Shown here one piece after another: positions 29,633-39,289 of a stretch of DNA of 64,000 nucleotides. The notes under the pieces are model-generated. The model was not told the DNA's origin, did no database searches, and was given only the letters and a program-made list of their open reading frames with translations. The stretch is from an uncultured archaeon (GTDB taxonomy: Archaea > Asgardarchaeota > Lokiarchaeia > Sigyniarchaeales > SOKP01): the NCBI GenBank assembly GCA_964632315.1, contig CAZWEM010000008.1, forward strand, positions 32,001 through 96,000, read 5' to 3'. Within the stretch, counting starts at the first letter, position 1. Every line of letters starts with the position of its first letter. A program made the position numbers and the translations under genes.

Positions 29633-30592
29633 TTAGAAATTTGAGTAGATCATGAATTTATTATCAGATCCGATTGAGTAAATTTCGAATTTACTCCCCT
29701 TCTTGGTTTCACAGAACATTTGGATCATTGGAAACAAATAAATCTGAGAGGTAATTTGAGTATCTTTATCTTTCTCATGGGATTTATAATCGCTACCTGC
29801 TGATGAGATAGTCTTTTTAATGTTTTTATTCCAATATCCTAATGAGGGTTCTGCTTTCGATTCCAATGTTTTAAAGTCAGAAAATTTTATTCCCTCCACT
29901 TCCTCGATCATTTTATGTAAATCATCACCCATTTCCTTTTCATATTTGGTTTGGGCACTGCTATGTAAGACGGGAACACCAGTAACTACTGTTTTGAATG
30001 GTACGGGGAGAATTTGATATTTATAGAGAGTTTTGTGACCATCGCATTCCTTGCAATGTTCTCTCCTTGTACCCGTCCCATAACAAGTTCCACAAGGATA
30101 AGAAAAGGCTTTCTTTTCCTTTTTTTGATCTTCTCCAACAAAAACCGTTATGGTCTCCTCGATTTTCCCGCTTCCTCCACATGTCTTACACTTGTCCTCA
30201 AGATATCCCTTTCCGTTACACTTCTTGCAAGTTATCCCTTGTATGGTATCATGCATCGGTACCAACTCATCCCCTTTCCAATTATCTTTATTCACTTGGC
30301 CTGCTCCTTTAAACGAATAAAAATATTCACGACTGATCCTTGGAGCTGGGAGCATTTTTTCTTCCTTACCTTGGGCTGCAGGTCCTAATGATTTTTTAAC
30401 GGCAAAGTAAATTGCTGCTTCTTTCATGGTGTCTTTTACATATTCAGCCGCACTAATAACATCTAAAGAAAAAACTGCACCCTTAGTCCCAAACTGTTTC
30501 TCCATCTTTTTCTTATCTTTCCTCATGGCACTTTGCTTCCACTTTTCAAATATGTCATCAAGATTTGGAGTTTTAATTTTCACATCTGGCAT
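29633..30592 (-). CDS. DnaJ-type zinc-finger protein lacking a J-domain (SSUH2-like)
   Basis: CKKCNGKG, CKTCGGSG, CGTCYGTG, CKECDG repeats; no HPD J-domain motif. Confidence 0.75.
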   Translation of the reverse strand: MPDVKIKTPNLDDIFEKWKQSAMRKDKKKMEKQFGTKGAVFSLDVISAAEYVKDTMKEAAIYFAVKKSLGPAAQGKEEKMLPAPRISREYFYSFKGAGQVNKDNWKGDELVPMHDTIQGITCKKCNGKGYLEDKCKTCGGSGKIEETITVFVGEDQKKEKKAFSYPCGTCYGTGTRREHCKECDGHKTLYKYQILPVPFKTVVTGVPVLHSSAQTKYEKEMGDDLHKMIEEVEGIKFSDFKTLESKAEPSLGYWNKNIKKTISSAGSDYKSHEKDKDTQITSQIYLFPMIQMFCETKKGSKFEIYSIGSDNKFMIYSNF

Positions 30593-30706
30593 TAGTTTTC
30601 ACTCATTGAATTTTGATTTCGAATACTAAATAGTTAAATTAGATTAATTTATAATGTTATATAACAATATACAGATTTTAATTACTCTCCTATTTATTAT
30701 ACACTC

Positions 30707-30874
30707 ATGTCAGCAGAAGAACGTCAAGCAGTGGAATACTTCTTACAATGGATGACGCCTAATGGCGGCGGACTTCATGACTGGATTTCCCATTTTCTCC
30801 AGCAAGGGGACGAGGAGAAGCTTCGGCAAATTAAAGAAGTATATGATAAAATCAAGCATATTTTTGGATTTTAA
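30707..30874 (+). CDS. Unannotated 55-aa protein
   Basis: MSAEERQAVEYFLQWMTPNGGGLHDWISHFLQQGDEEKLRQIKEVYDKIKHIFGF*; divergent from 30592 with AT-rich promoter-like sequence upstream; below the ORF-track cutoff. Confidence 0.7.
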   Translation: MSAEERQAVEYFLQWMTPNGGGLHDWISHFLQQGDEEKLRQIKEVYDKIKHIFGF

Positions 30875-31070
30875 TTATTCAATAGGGTATAGCAATATCA
30901 TTAGACCTTTAGAAGAGTCAATAGCGATTTTGGAAACGCATTTGATTGCTTGTTGAATAAAAATTGCTACTAATTATAATTTACTCAGATTCTTGATCAA
31001 CTTGCTAAAAAAATATAAGATTCTATGATTTAATATACTTAGAACAACAAATATAGAAATTGTAATCACG

Positions 31071-31179
31071 ATGGCAACAGAAAAAGAGAATATTTTTGCA
31101 AATGATAAAGGACCTTCCTGATGATAGTACATTAGAGGATATCATATATCATTTATATGCTAGAAAAAAAATAATTCGC
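31071..31179 (+). pseudogene. Frameshifted, truncated antitoxin of a ParE/RelE-associated family
   Basis: MATEKENI then +1 frame LQMIKDLPDDSTLEDIIYHLYARKKIIR; matches the LPDDxxLEDIxYHLYVxxKIxRG pattern; extra T in the run at about 31093-31097. Confidence 0.7.
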
Positions 31180-31542
31180 TTCAAAAACCTCTTTTGCGAT
31201 GGTCATTGCATTTAAAGCTGCTGGAAACCCTGCATAGACCGCCATTTGAATTATGATTTCTATCACTTCTTCACGTGTACATCCCACATTGAGAGCTCCA
31301 TTAATATGGACCTTTAATTGTGGTAGAGCATGTCCTAAAGCAGTCAGAGCAGCAACAGTCGCGATCTCACGCGATTTTAGATCTAAGCCTGGTCTAGAAT
31401 AAATGTCTCCAAATGGAAATTCTATTGTATATTTTCCTAAATCAGGGGCGATATCTTTTAAACTTTCGATAACATTTTCTCCAGCTTCGCCATCTATTTG
31501 TTTTAGTTTCTTCCAACCTCTCGTATAACGTTCTTCTTCCAT
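31153..31542 (-). CDS. Carboxymuconolactone decarboxylase family protein
   Basis: FGDIYSRPGLDLKSREIATVAAL, QLKVHINGALNVG, YAGFPAALN. Confidence 0.93.
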   Translation of the reverse strand: MEEERYTRGWKKLKQIDGEAGENVIESLKDIAPDLGKYTIEFPFGDIYSRPGLDLKSREIATVAALTALGHALPQLKVHINGALNVGCTREEVIEIIIQMAVYAGFPAALNAMTIAKEVFEANYFFSSI

Positions 31543-31548
31543 TTTTTT

Positions 31549-31556
31549 CCTCCTTT
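31549..31556 (-). promoter_or_regulatory. Strong Shine-Dalgarno site of the CMD gene
   Basis: AAAGGAGG 6 nt upstream of the ATG at 31542. Confidence 0.7.
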
Positions 31557-31825
31557 CATATTATTTTTGAATTGAGAAATAATCTATTTAATAAAAGTTT
31601 TTATCGAATTTTTTTGTTCTTAACGTCTTGACAAGCTAGTTACTCATTAATATGACCCGTTAAAGCGATATCGAACCGATAATTATAATCAATTTAAGAG
31701 ATTCGTTGAGATCTTGCGACTGAGGGAAAAATCTGATCAAGAAGGAGGAGATTCTAAATCAATCTTCTCAAATGAGGTTTGAATTCAAGCTTAACTTATA
31801 TCTCACAATATTAATCTTCTTATAA

Positions 31826-33061
31826 TTGAGGAAAAACTATATTAAAGAAATTCCCCAAATAGGTTTTAACACTAAAAAATTTTTTAAAAGTGTGTTTAAT
31901 TTGTATCCAAAGACAAAATCGATTATATTTATTTTAGGGTTATTTATTATTTTGGTAATGATTTCTACTATTCCTTCTATAAACAATATAAGCAATGAAA
32001 ACATGAATTCAAGTAATATTAATTACTTTTCATCTGAGAGACAGAATTTAGCCCTCTCAGAAACCTCGGAAAAAGTACACATTGATGGGAACCTTGGTTG
32101 GGTTTCCTATAAAGCTGCGGGGAATTGTACTGGGAGTGGTACTTATTCTGATCCCTACATTATAAAAGATTTGAAGATAGATGGTGAAGGTTCGGGAAGT
32201 TGCATCTTGATTGAAAATTCCAATGTATACTTTAAAATTGAAGGTTGTATTGTTTATAATTCAGGAACAAATTGGGATGACGCAGGAATCAAATTATATC
32301 AAACAACTAATGGGGCTATCATTAATAACAATTGCTCACATAATTGCAACGGCATACTTTTAAATACAGATTGTGTTAATAACACAATTCAAGGAAATTT
32401 GATAAACAGTGGTACTTGGTTAGCTGGCATTCTACTACCGTTAGTTGGTATACAATTAGTGAACTATTGCGTAAATAATACAATCTTAGGAAATTCTATT
32501 TTGAATAATTATAATTATATAGGGATAAGTTTGGATCTTTGTGACAACAATTCTATTTTAGAAAATCATGTAAACAACAATCAGAATGGAATTTGGCTAT
32601 CGGATGGAATGAATTCATTAATATTAGGAAACCAAATTGTTAATAACAGCTATAACGGGATTTATATAAAAGATGGTAACAATAACACAATATCAAGAAA
32701 CATCGTAAAAAGTAATAACTATAGGGGAATATTTTTAGATACGACAAATGGGAGTATTGTTTTTTTAAATTGCCTTATTAAAAATGCTCTAAACGCTTAT
32801 GATGATGGAATAAATAACCAATGGCATAATGGGGCTAAGGGGAATTATTGGGGAGACTATGCTGGTTCGGACGATAATGGTGATGGAATTGGGGATGTTC
32901 CCTACTTAATTTCTAGAGGAAATCAAGACAATTTTCCCTTGATGAACTGTCCCCTTCTTTCTCAAAAAGGTGGTATAATTCAAGGATATGATCTATTCCT
33001 TCTACTTGGAATTCTAGCAGTCGTTTCAATCTTTATTTGCAAAAAGTTGAAAAAATCTTAA
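31826..33061 (+). CDS. Secreted right-handed beta-helix (NosD-like) surface protein with Loki-CTERM-like tail
   Basis: N-terminal TM; GSGTYSDPYII; Asn-ladder repeats; GNYWGDY..DNGDGIGDVPY; IQGYDLFLLLGILAVVSIFICKKLKKS. Confidence 0.88.
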   Translation: MRKNYIKEIPQIGFNTKKFFKSVFNLYPKTKSIIFILGLFIILVMISTIPSINNISNENMNSSNINYFSSERQNLALSETSEKVHIDGNLGWVSYKAAGNCTGSGTYSDPYIIKDLKIDGEGSGSCILIENSNVYFKIEGCIVYNSGTNWDDAGIKLYQTTNGAIINNNCSHNCNGILLNTDCVNNTIQGNLINSGTWLAGILLPLVGIQLVNYCVNNTILGNSILNNYNYIGISLDLCDNNSILENHVNNNQNGIWLSDGMNSLILGNQIVNNSYNGIYIKDGNNNTISRNIVKSNNYRGIFLDTTNGSIVFLNCLIKNALNAYDDGINNQWHNGAKGNYWGDYAGSDDNGDGIGDVPYLISRGNQDNFPLMNCPLLSQKGGIIQGYDLFLLLGILAVVSIFICKKLKKS

Positions 33062-33111
33062 GTTCAGTTTTTTGAACCAAAAGAACCAAAATCTGTATTT
33101 ATAGAATAAAT

Positions 33112-33237
33112 ACTGAAATCAACGCTCCATCTGTAAGAGAATTAATTTACCAAAATTATCGAATAATTTATAGAATTGTAAATGAATTATTTGAAATTAT
33201 TACAATTCTTCATGGTAGTCGTTTATTAAGATTATAA
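33112..33237 (+). pseudogene. C-terminal remnant of a ParE/RelE-family toxin
   Basis: TEINAPSVRELIYQNYRIIYRIVNELFEIITILHGSRLLRL*; no ATG back to the in-frame TGA at 33073. Confidence 0.75.
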
Positions 33238-33328
33238 GACCGAAATAAACAATTAAATTTTAATTAATTCAATAAATATCTAATCGTGATATAATCAATT
33301 TCAAATAGCGAGAGAAATTCGCATTAAT

Positions 33329-34606
33329 ATGGAAAGAGAACTCATTCTTTGGCAACTCTTTGGTAAGCGATTAGTAAGTTATAAAGAGCTTGAGAATGGA
33401 AAAGTGGTTGGTACTGGATTTTTTAATCCTATTGTCGATAGATTTCGACTAATTATCATGCTTATTTTTCAAACAAAATACTTTAATAAATACAATTTAG
33501 GTCAATGGCACGGAAAAAGGGTAACGAATACATTTGCTCCTCCTTTAGGTAGCCGAGCTATGTTTCGTGCTATTAAAAACGTGATTCGAGTTAAACTATT
33601 ACGACACGCTCGACCTATTGCGATGACATTCGCAGTAACATATAACTGTCCTTGTCATTGCGTTCATTGTAGCGCAGGAAAACATTCTAAACCAAACACT
33701 ACCGAATTAAGCACGGAAGAAGCAAAAAGAGTCATTGACGAAAGTCAAAAGCTGGGAGTGTCAATTATAGCTTTTACGGGGGGAGAACCTTTAATTCGTA
33801 AAGATATTTTCGAGTTAATCTCTCACGTTAATCAGAAAAAGGCAGTTCCCATTCTATTCACTAATGGTTTATTTCTCACTCAAGAGAATGTTGATAAATT
33901 ACATGATGCGGGACTCTATTCAATTTTTGTCAGCATTGACAGTCCAGTTGCCGATGAACATGATGAATTAAGAGGGATGAAAGATATTTTTAAGACCGCA
34001 ATAGAAGGAATTAAACGAGCGAAAGAGAAAGGGATGTTCGTTGGATTGTCATCTTATGCAACTCGCTCATCTACTAAGGAGGGAATGTATAAAAAAATTC
34101 ATGAACTTGCTACAAGTTTGGAAGTACATAATGTAATGCTATTTGATGGAGTACCAACAGGAAACATATTAAAAGATACGAGTGAAGTTCTAACAATGGA
34201 TCAACGTGAAGAGATTTATAAATTTTCCTCACAATTGCATAAAAATAAGGTCGTTCCCCCGCTTTCTTCACAATCCTGGCAAACATCTATTGAATCATAT
34301 CTTGCGGGTGTTGGATGCTTAGCGGGGCATATTCAATATTATGTGTCAGCATATGGGGAGGTAACTCCTTGCGATTTTACTCCATTATCTTTTGGTAGTA
34401 TTCGAGTTGAGCCATTAAAGGATATTTGGAAAAAAATGATCCATCATCCCGCATATAATCATCTAATTACTTCATGTAGAATGCAAAATCCCAAATTTCG
34501 GCATTTTTATATTGATCCCATCCCAGATGATGCTCCCCTTCCATATAGCATAAACAATCTTCCAGCTGTAGATTACCGAAAAGAAATAATTCCATATATT
34601 AAATAG
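33329..34606 (+). CDS. Radical SAM/SPASM domain protein
   Basis: CPCHCVHC, FTGGEPL, FTNG, SIDS; SPASM-like CLAG...GEVTPCDF...C. Confidence 0.92.
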   Translation: MERELILWQLFGKRLVSYKELENGKVVGTGFFNPIVDRFRLIIMLIFQTKYFNKYNLGQWHGKRVTNTFAPPLGSRAMFRAIKNVIRVKLLRHARPIAMTFAVTYNCPCHCVHCSAGKHSKPNTTELSTEEAKRVIDESQKLGVSIIAFTGGEPLIRKDIFELISHVNQKKAVPILFTNGLFLTQENVDKLHDAGLYSIFVSIDSPVADEHDELRGMKDIFKTAIEGIKRAKEKGMFVGLSSYATRSSTKEGMYKKIHELATSLEVHNVMLFDGVPTGNILKDTSEVLTMDQREEIYKFSSQLHKNKVVPPLSSQSWQTSIESYLAGVGCLAGHIQYYVSAYGEVTPCDFTPLSFGSIRVEPLKDIWKKMIHHPAYNHLITSCRMQNPKFRHFYIDPIPDDAPLPYSINNLPAVDYRKEIIPYIK

Positions 34607-34659
34607 AGGGGATTTTTAAGCCTTCGAATGCTTCCGGTTTAATTAAAAGAAAAAAAGTT

Positions 34660-35358
34660 TTATAAATAGGCAGATAACAATACGCCTAAAGTAATATAGA
34701 ACTGTGCCAATATATAGGTCGTCATAATAATCGGTTTCCCATTGGGAATCTCCTTGTCCCATTTATCGACTGCTATCGTGGAATCAGAGACTATAAAAGA
34801 TATCGAACCAATATAGATTAAAATATTCGGGAATCCTTGAAATGCTGCCAATTTTAAAATAGCTGCAATATGCATTACAAGTATTGCAATCAAGTAAATT
34901 AAAACTGGAATTTTCATCTCACCTGTTTTACTGATAAATCGAGGGAGCATGAACAATAGAATTAAGAAAACAGGTCCAAATAGAGTAAAAACAAATGGAT
35001 TAAAGCTAGTAGTATCGAAAATAGATGAGAAAAATGATATTATATAAAAAATTTGGTTGATTAAGAACGCAATCATACCAAAAAGGAACCATTTTTCTTG
35101 ATTTTTTTGCATTAGGAAAACATCTCCAGCCCAACCCCCTAATAAGGCAAAAATTATTAACCAATCGACTCTTGCTATTGAAAGTGTATCGACAACACCA
35201 AAAAAATAAGATAATATCAACAATGGCATTAACAATGGTTTAGTAGAAAACTGAATTTTAGTATTTTCCTTATACTCTCCGTATACTTCCACAATAGCTA
35301 CGATAAAAAATAAGATCAAAAAGACAAATTCAAACGAGAAATTGTTTGTAGACAACAT
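34660..35358 (-). CDS. YhhN / lysoplasmalogenase family membrane protein
   Basis: TKPLLMP, GDVFL, F.FG..AF, GSISFIVSDS, IMTTYILAQ. Confidence 0.88.
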   Translation of the reverse strand: MLSTNNFSFEFVFLILFFIVAIVEVYGEYKENTKIQFSTKPLLMPLLILSYFFGVVDTLSIARVDWLIIFALLGGWAGDVFLMQKNQEKWFLFGMIAFLINQIFYIISFFSSIFDTTSFNPFVFTLFGPVFLILLFMLPRFISKTGEMKIPVLIYLIAILVMHIAAILKLAAFQGFPNILIYIGSISFIVSDSTIAVDKWDKEIPNGKPIIMTTYILAQFYITLGVLLSAYL

Positions 35359-35639
35359 ATTATTCTATGATTTTCAATAAGTTAAAAAAGTTTTTAACAC
35401 AATTTGATTCTTATAATGAGGATCTTTATCAATCAATGATATAATAAAAAAAAGTTATTTCTGAATATATATACCGTTGAATTACCTATTCCATTAGCAT
35501 TGATGCTAATATCCTGAAAATCAATTTTGTTTTTGATGCTCCAATAAAAAAATCATATTTTTTATGATTTCCATAATCAGCTTTTTAACAAATATTGTAG
35601 TATATGACTTAGTATTTTGTGATAATGATCATTATTTGT

Positions 35640-36386
35640 TCAATACTTTCCAACGGGGGAGACCAATACAACAAACTCGTCTTTTCCATCAAGGTCTAAC
35701 AAATCATCGAGTTTTTTTTGTTCATAATATCCTATAGCAACAGTTCCAAGATTTAAAGCCTCACAAGCAAGGTATAAATTCTGGGAAACGTGTCCTAAAT
35801 CTATGGCTAGAAACTTATGAGCAAGAATGGTATATCTCCACTCAGTTCGATAAGGAATTGCAACCCAACAGAAGATTACAGCTCCTTTTCCGACAAACAT
35901 TTGATCATAGGTCAAATGACCAATTTTCTTTTCAGCATTCTCAATCTTTTTACTGAAAAGTAATTTGTGCTTAAACGAAATATATCGATAAAGTCCGGGT
36001 TCGAGTCCCTCAACCCTATTTATTATTAAGTAGGTTTCAAATGGACTTTTTGCTCCTGCAGAGGGCACTGTACGTAGAACACCTGCTCTATTTTTAAACT
36101 TTCTTTTTACACCTTGCGTACACCATAATAAAAAAGACAGTTCTTCCAAATTAATTGATTCTTCACTGAATTTTCTGCGACTCATTCGTTTGGTTACTAC
36201 TTCTAAAAAAGGAACTTTTCCAATTTTGAAATCTTTAGGAGAAATTAAATTGATTAGTTGTTCAGATTCATTATATTCCTTTTGAAATAAAGGAAAGGGA
36301 AGTTTTTTCTTTTCATCAGAGTCAGGGACTATTGTTTCATAATCCTCTCGGTCATAAAACCGTAAAAATCGCCTATTGTCCTCCAT
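35640..36386 (-). CDS. SagB/ThcOx-family nitroreductase-like dehydrogenase
   Basis: RMSRRKF, LSFLLW..QG, RTVPSAG, DLGHVSQNLYL. Confidence 0.92.
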   Translation of the reverse strand: MEDNRRFLRFYDREDYETIVPDSDEKKKLPFPLFQKEYNESEQLINLISPKDFKIGKVPFLEVVTKRMSRRKFSEESINLEELSFLLWCTQGVKRKFKNRAGVLRTVPSAGAKSPFETYLIINRVEGLEPGLYRYISFKHKLLFSKKIENAEKKIGHLTYDQMFVGKGAVIFCWVAIPYRTEWRYTILAHKFLAIDLGHVSQNLYLACEALNLGTVAIGYYEQKKLDDLLDLDGKDEFVVLVSPVGKY

Positions 36387-36525
36387 AATACTCTACTAAA
36401 TGCTTACTTGCTTCATAAATTTAATTATTTAAGGATCTTTTTGAGTTCTTTCAAGTGGGGAATAAACACAAAATCATAAATTTGATTTAGGTTGTTTCTT
36501 TTAAGATCATAGGCAAATACTATAG

Positions 36526-39201
36526 ATGGACATAGTTTTGAGCGTCATTTCAAGAAATTTTTTCATTGTAATTAATCGAAATCCTTTCGATTCAAAGGAA
36601 TTGAATTTTGATGTAAATTTCTTTTATCTCAGATCATTTAAAGAAGATACGTTCAAATTTTCTTACGTTAATAAACCTTTTTTCAAGGGTAATGTCATTT
36701 TTGGATTAGATTTTAAGAATAAGATGCGTCCATTGTCCTTTTTGAAGACCACGGGGGATGATTCAACCAAAGCAATTGATCCTCGTTTATTCAAGAAGTT
36801 CATTCTAAACGAAAGAAATAAGTTCATAGCCTTTTCAAATCAGACAGATATGAATAAGTTTGACCCTGTGAGGATCATGTTGGAGAATTTTCATTATGAC
36901 AATCGAAAGGTAATTGAGCTAACACTCTGTCAATCATGTTTAGAAAAACGAATTTTTAAAATCTTAAACAAAAAACAACAAATAAAATCATATAATAAAA
37001 GAATTATTTGCTCCGATTGTGCTTTAGATTTGATCTTGAAAGAAGCAAGGCAAAAGGGGCTTCTTGGTGAGAAAAAGATAAATCCCAAGTTGAAGAATTT
37101 CTTTAAGCACATGCTTCTCAAGTTTCGAGACGTATTGAAAGTGTTGAATACTTTTAAAGTTAGTTTCGATCCAATTAAAAATTCAGACTTAACGTTATAT
37201 GATATCGAACAAAACCCTCCAATAAGTAAAAAATATTTAAATTTGCATGTAGAAGACTTGGATCTTGAACCTAAATTTAGAGATCTTCTAAAAGAGCAAA
37301 AGATTAATACTTTACTTCCCATTCAAGCATTATCAATTGATAGGGGATTAATAAGCGAATATAATAGTCAGCTAATCATGGCCCCTACTTCGGCGGGAAA
37401 AACATTAGTCGGGGAAATAGCAGGTGTGACAAGAATTTTAAGAGATAACTTAAAAATGCTTTATTTAGTGCCAATCGTCGCGTTAGCAAACGTGAGAACT
37501 GAGGAATTTACGAAAAAATATGAAAATCTTAATCTAAAGATTGTTAAGAAGATAGGAGAATCAATTTTAGATAAAAATGAAGAAGACAATTTAGACGAAT
37601 TATATGACGCGAATATCATCATTGCGACGTATGAAGCGATTGATTATATCATACGTGGTGGTAATAAAGGAAAGTTAGGACCAATTGGGACTATCGTGAT
37701 CGACGAGATACAAACGCTTATTGATGTAGAGAGAGGATTTATTTTGGATGGATTAATTGCTCGTTTGAAATATTTATATCCAAAAGCTCAGTTCTTGTAT
37801 TTAAGTGCAACCATTGGGGCACCAGATGTCCTTGCTAAAAAATTAGATTGCGCTTTAATAAGATATAATAATCGACCTGTGCCTATTGAGAGGCATCTTA
37901 TATTATGTCTAAATGAAACAATAAAAAATAGATATATAATCTCTCTCGTGAAAAATGCATTTTCAAGTGTATCTAAATTTCAATATAAAGGACAGAGCAT
38001 CATTTTCACAAATACTAGAAAAAAGTGTGAAAATCTTGCGGAATATTTATCGAGGAGACAGATTCGGGCACGTCCATATCATTCTGGATTAACTCATGAT
38101 GAAAGAAAGGAAATTGAGATTGATTTTAAAAATCAACGAATCTCAGCAGTAGTTGCAACGGCTGCCTTAGCCGCAGGAGTTGATTTTCCGGCAAAACAAG
38201 TCATTTTCGAGTCATTAGGCATGGGAATTAAGATTTTGACAGTTGCGGAGTTTGAACAGATGCTTGGGAGAGCAGGAAGGTTAAAAAAGCATGAAAAAGG
38301 TTTTGCTTATCTTCTTGTAGAACCGGGAAAAATTTATAATCCCAAAATGAAAATTACTGAAGAAAACATTGCGATATCATTATTAAACGGAAAAATCAAG
38401 GATTTTCAGTTGGATCCGAATGGTGATCGCTCACTCACGGAATTATTGGCATTCATTTCTGCTTTTGAAGAAGGAATAGAAAAGAAAGATATCAATCACT
38501 TTTATAATTCTCTAATTAATGGTGAATACGAGCTTGAATCTTTTTTAAAGCAATTACTACAATTTAATTTGATAAAAAATGAGAATTATAAATTAATACC
38601 AACTCGTTTAGGAACTGCTATCTCTAAATCTTTTCTTACAGTCGATCAGGGTTTAGAAATTGCCAACCGATTAGAGAACGAAGATAATGCGGTGTATAGC
38701 ATCGTGCTTGAATTAAATCCTTTGAAAAATGTTTATTTATCAAAAAAAGTAGTTGCAGATTTATCAAAAAATGTAAACATGAAGTATTTCTCGAACAATT
38801 TTTTCAGTGCTAGCACATTAAATTTAATGGACGCAGAATACGTAAAAAAACGGAAAAAATTTTCTCAAGATTTTATAGATTTGATTATCAAATGGACGAC
38901 TGATATTTTTAATTGCACTTGTAAAGATAATCCATATTGCGATTGTGGGAGGATAAATTTAGAAAAAATGATTTTAAGACTGAGAACTGAAGAGAATCTC
39001 TCTGTAGAAGCCATCAGTTCGTACTTGCTTGAAGTTTATAACATCATGGTCTTCAAAGGAGATCTTATCGATTATTTAGAGAGTCTAATATATTCCTTGG
39101 AAAGTATTTTGAATATTGCCAAAGGTTTAGATAAAATTAACCCTCAAAATAATACACAATTAAGTGACATTCCAAATTTGATCACAAAAATTAAGTACTA
39201 A
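36526..39201 (+). CDS. Archaeal Ski2-like DEAD/DEAH helicase (ASH-Ski2/DUF5814 type)
   Basis: APTSAGKT, DEIQ, LSAT, YHSGL, QMLGRAGR; N-terminal CxxC pair and C-terminal CTCKDNPYCDCG. Confidence 0.88.
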   Translation: MDIVLSVISRNFFIVINRNPFDSKELNFDVNFFYLRSFKEDTFKFSYVNKPFFKGNVIFGLDFKNKMRPLSFLKTTGDDSTKAIDPRLFKKFILNERNKFIAFSNQTDMNKFDPVRIMLENFHYDNRKVIELTLCQSCLEKRIFKILNKKQQIKSYNKRIICSDCALDLILKEARQKGLLGEKKINPKLKNFFKHMLLKFRDVLKVLNTFKVSFDPIKNSDLTLYDIEQNPPISKKYLNLHVEDLDLEPKFRDLLKEQKINTLLPIQALSIDRGLISEYNSQLIMAPTSAGKTLVGEIAGVTRILRDNLKMLYLVPIVALANVRTEEFTKKYENLNLKIVKKIGESILDKNEEDNLDELYDANIIIATYEAIDYIIRGGNKGKLGPIGTIVIDEIQTLIDVERGFILDGLIARLKYLYPKAQFLYLSATIGAPDVLAKKLDCALIRYNNRPVPIERHLILCLNETIKNRYIISLVKNAFSSVSKFQYKGQSIIFTNTRKKCENLAEYLSRRQIRARPYHSGLTHDERKEIEIDFKNQRISAVVATAALAAGVDFPAKQVIFESLGMGIKILTVAEFEQMLGRAGRLKKHEKGFAYLLVEPGKIYNPKMKITEENIAISLLNGKIKDFQLDPNGDRSLTELLAFISAFEEGIEKKDINHFYNSLINGEYELESFLKQLLQFNLIKNENYKLIPTRLGTAISKSFLTVDQGLEIANRLENEDNAVYSIVLELNPLKNVYLSKKVVADLSKNVNMKYFSNNFFSASTLNLMDAEYVKKRKKFSQDFIDLIIKWTTDIFNCTCKDNPYCDCGRINLEKMILRLRTEENLSVEAISSYLLEVYNIMVFKGDLIDYLESLIYSLESILNIAKGLDKINPQNNTQLSDIPNLITKIKY

Positions 39202-39289
39202 AATCAAAAATTTTATTATTAAAAAGATTAAAATTAATACATGTTCTAACAATAAATTCCAAAATAATCAAATACTTTTCATTAATTAC

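Noticed and set aside
29633-30592. dnaJ annotation
   Set aside because: No J-domain HPD motif or G/F-rich region.
30762-30956. Tracked 64-aa ORF
   Set aside because: Overlaps the more protein-like 55-aa ORF 30707-30874 in another frame.
35493-35570. Two 8-bp palindromes and a possible beta-helix gene remnant
   Set aside because: AT-rich palindromes of this size are expected by chance and the peptide similarity is weak.
33329-36386. Radical SAM/SPASM plus SagB-like genes as a RiPP cluster
   Set aside because: Opposite strands, no precursor peptide, YcaO or transporter; both families are commonly stand-alone.
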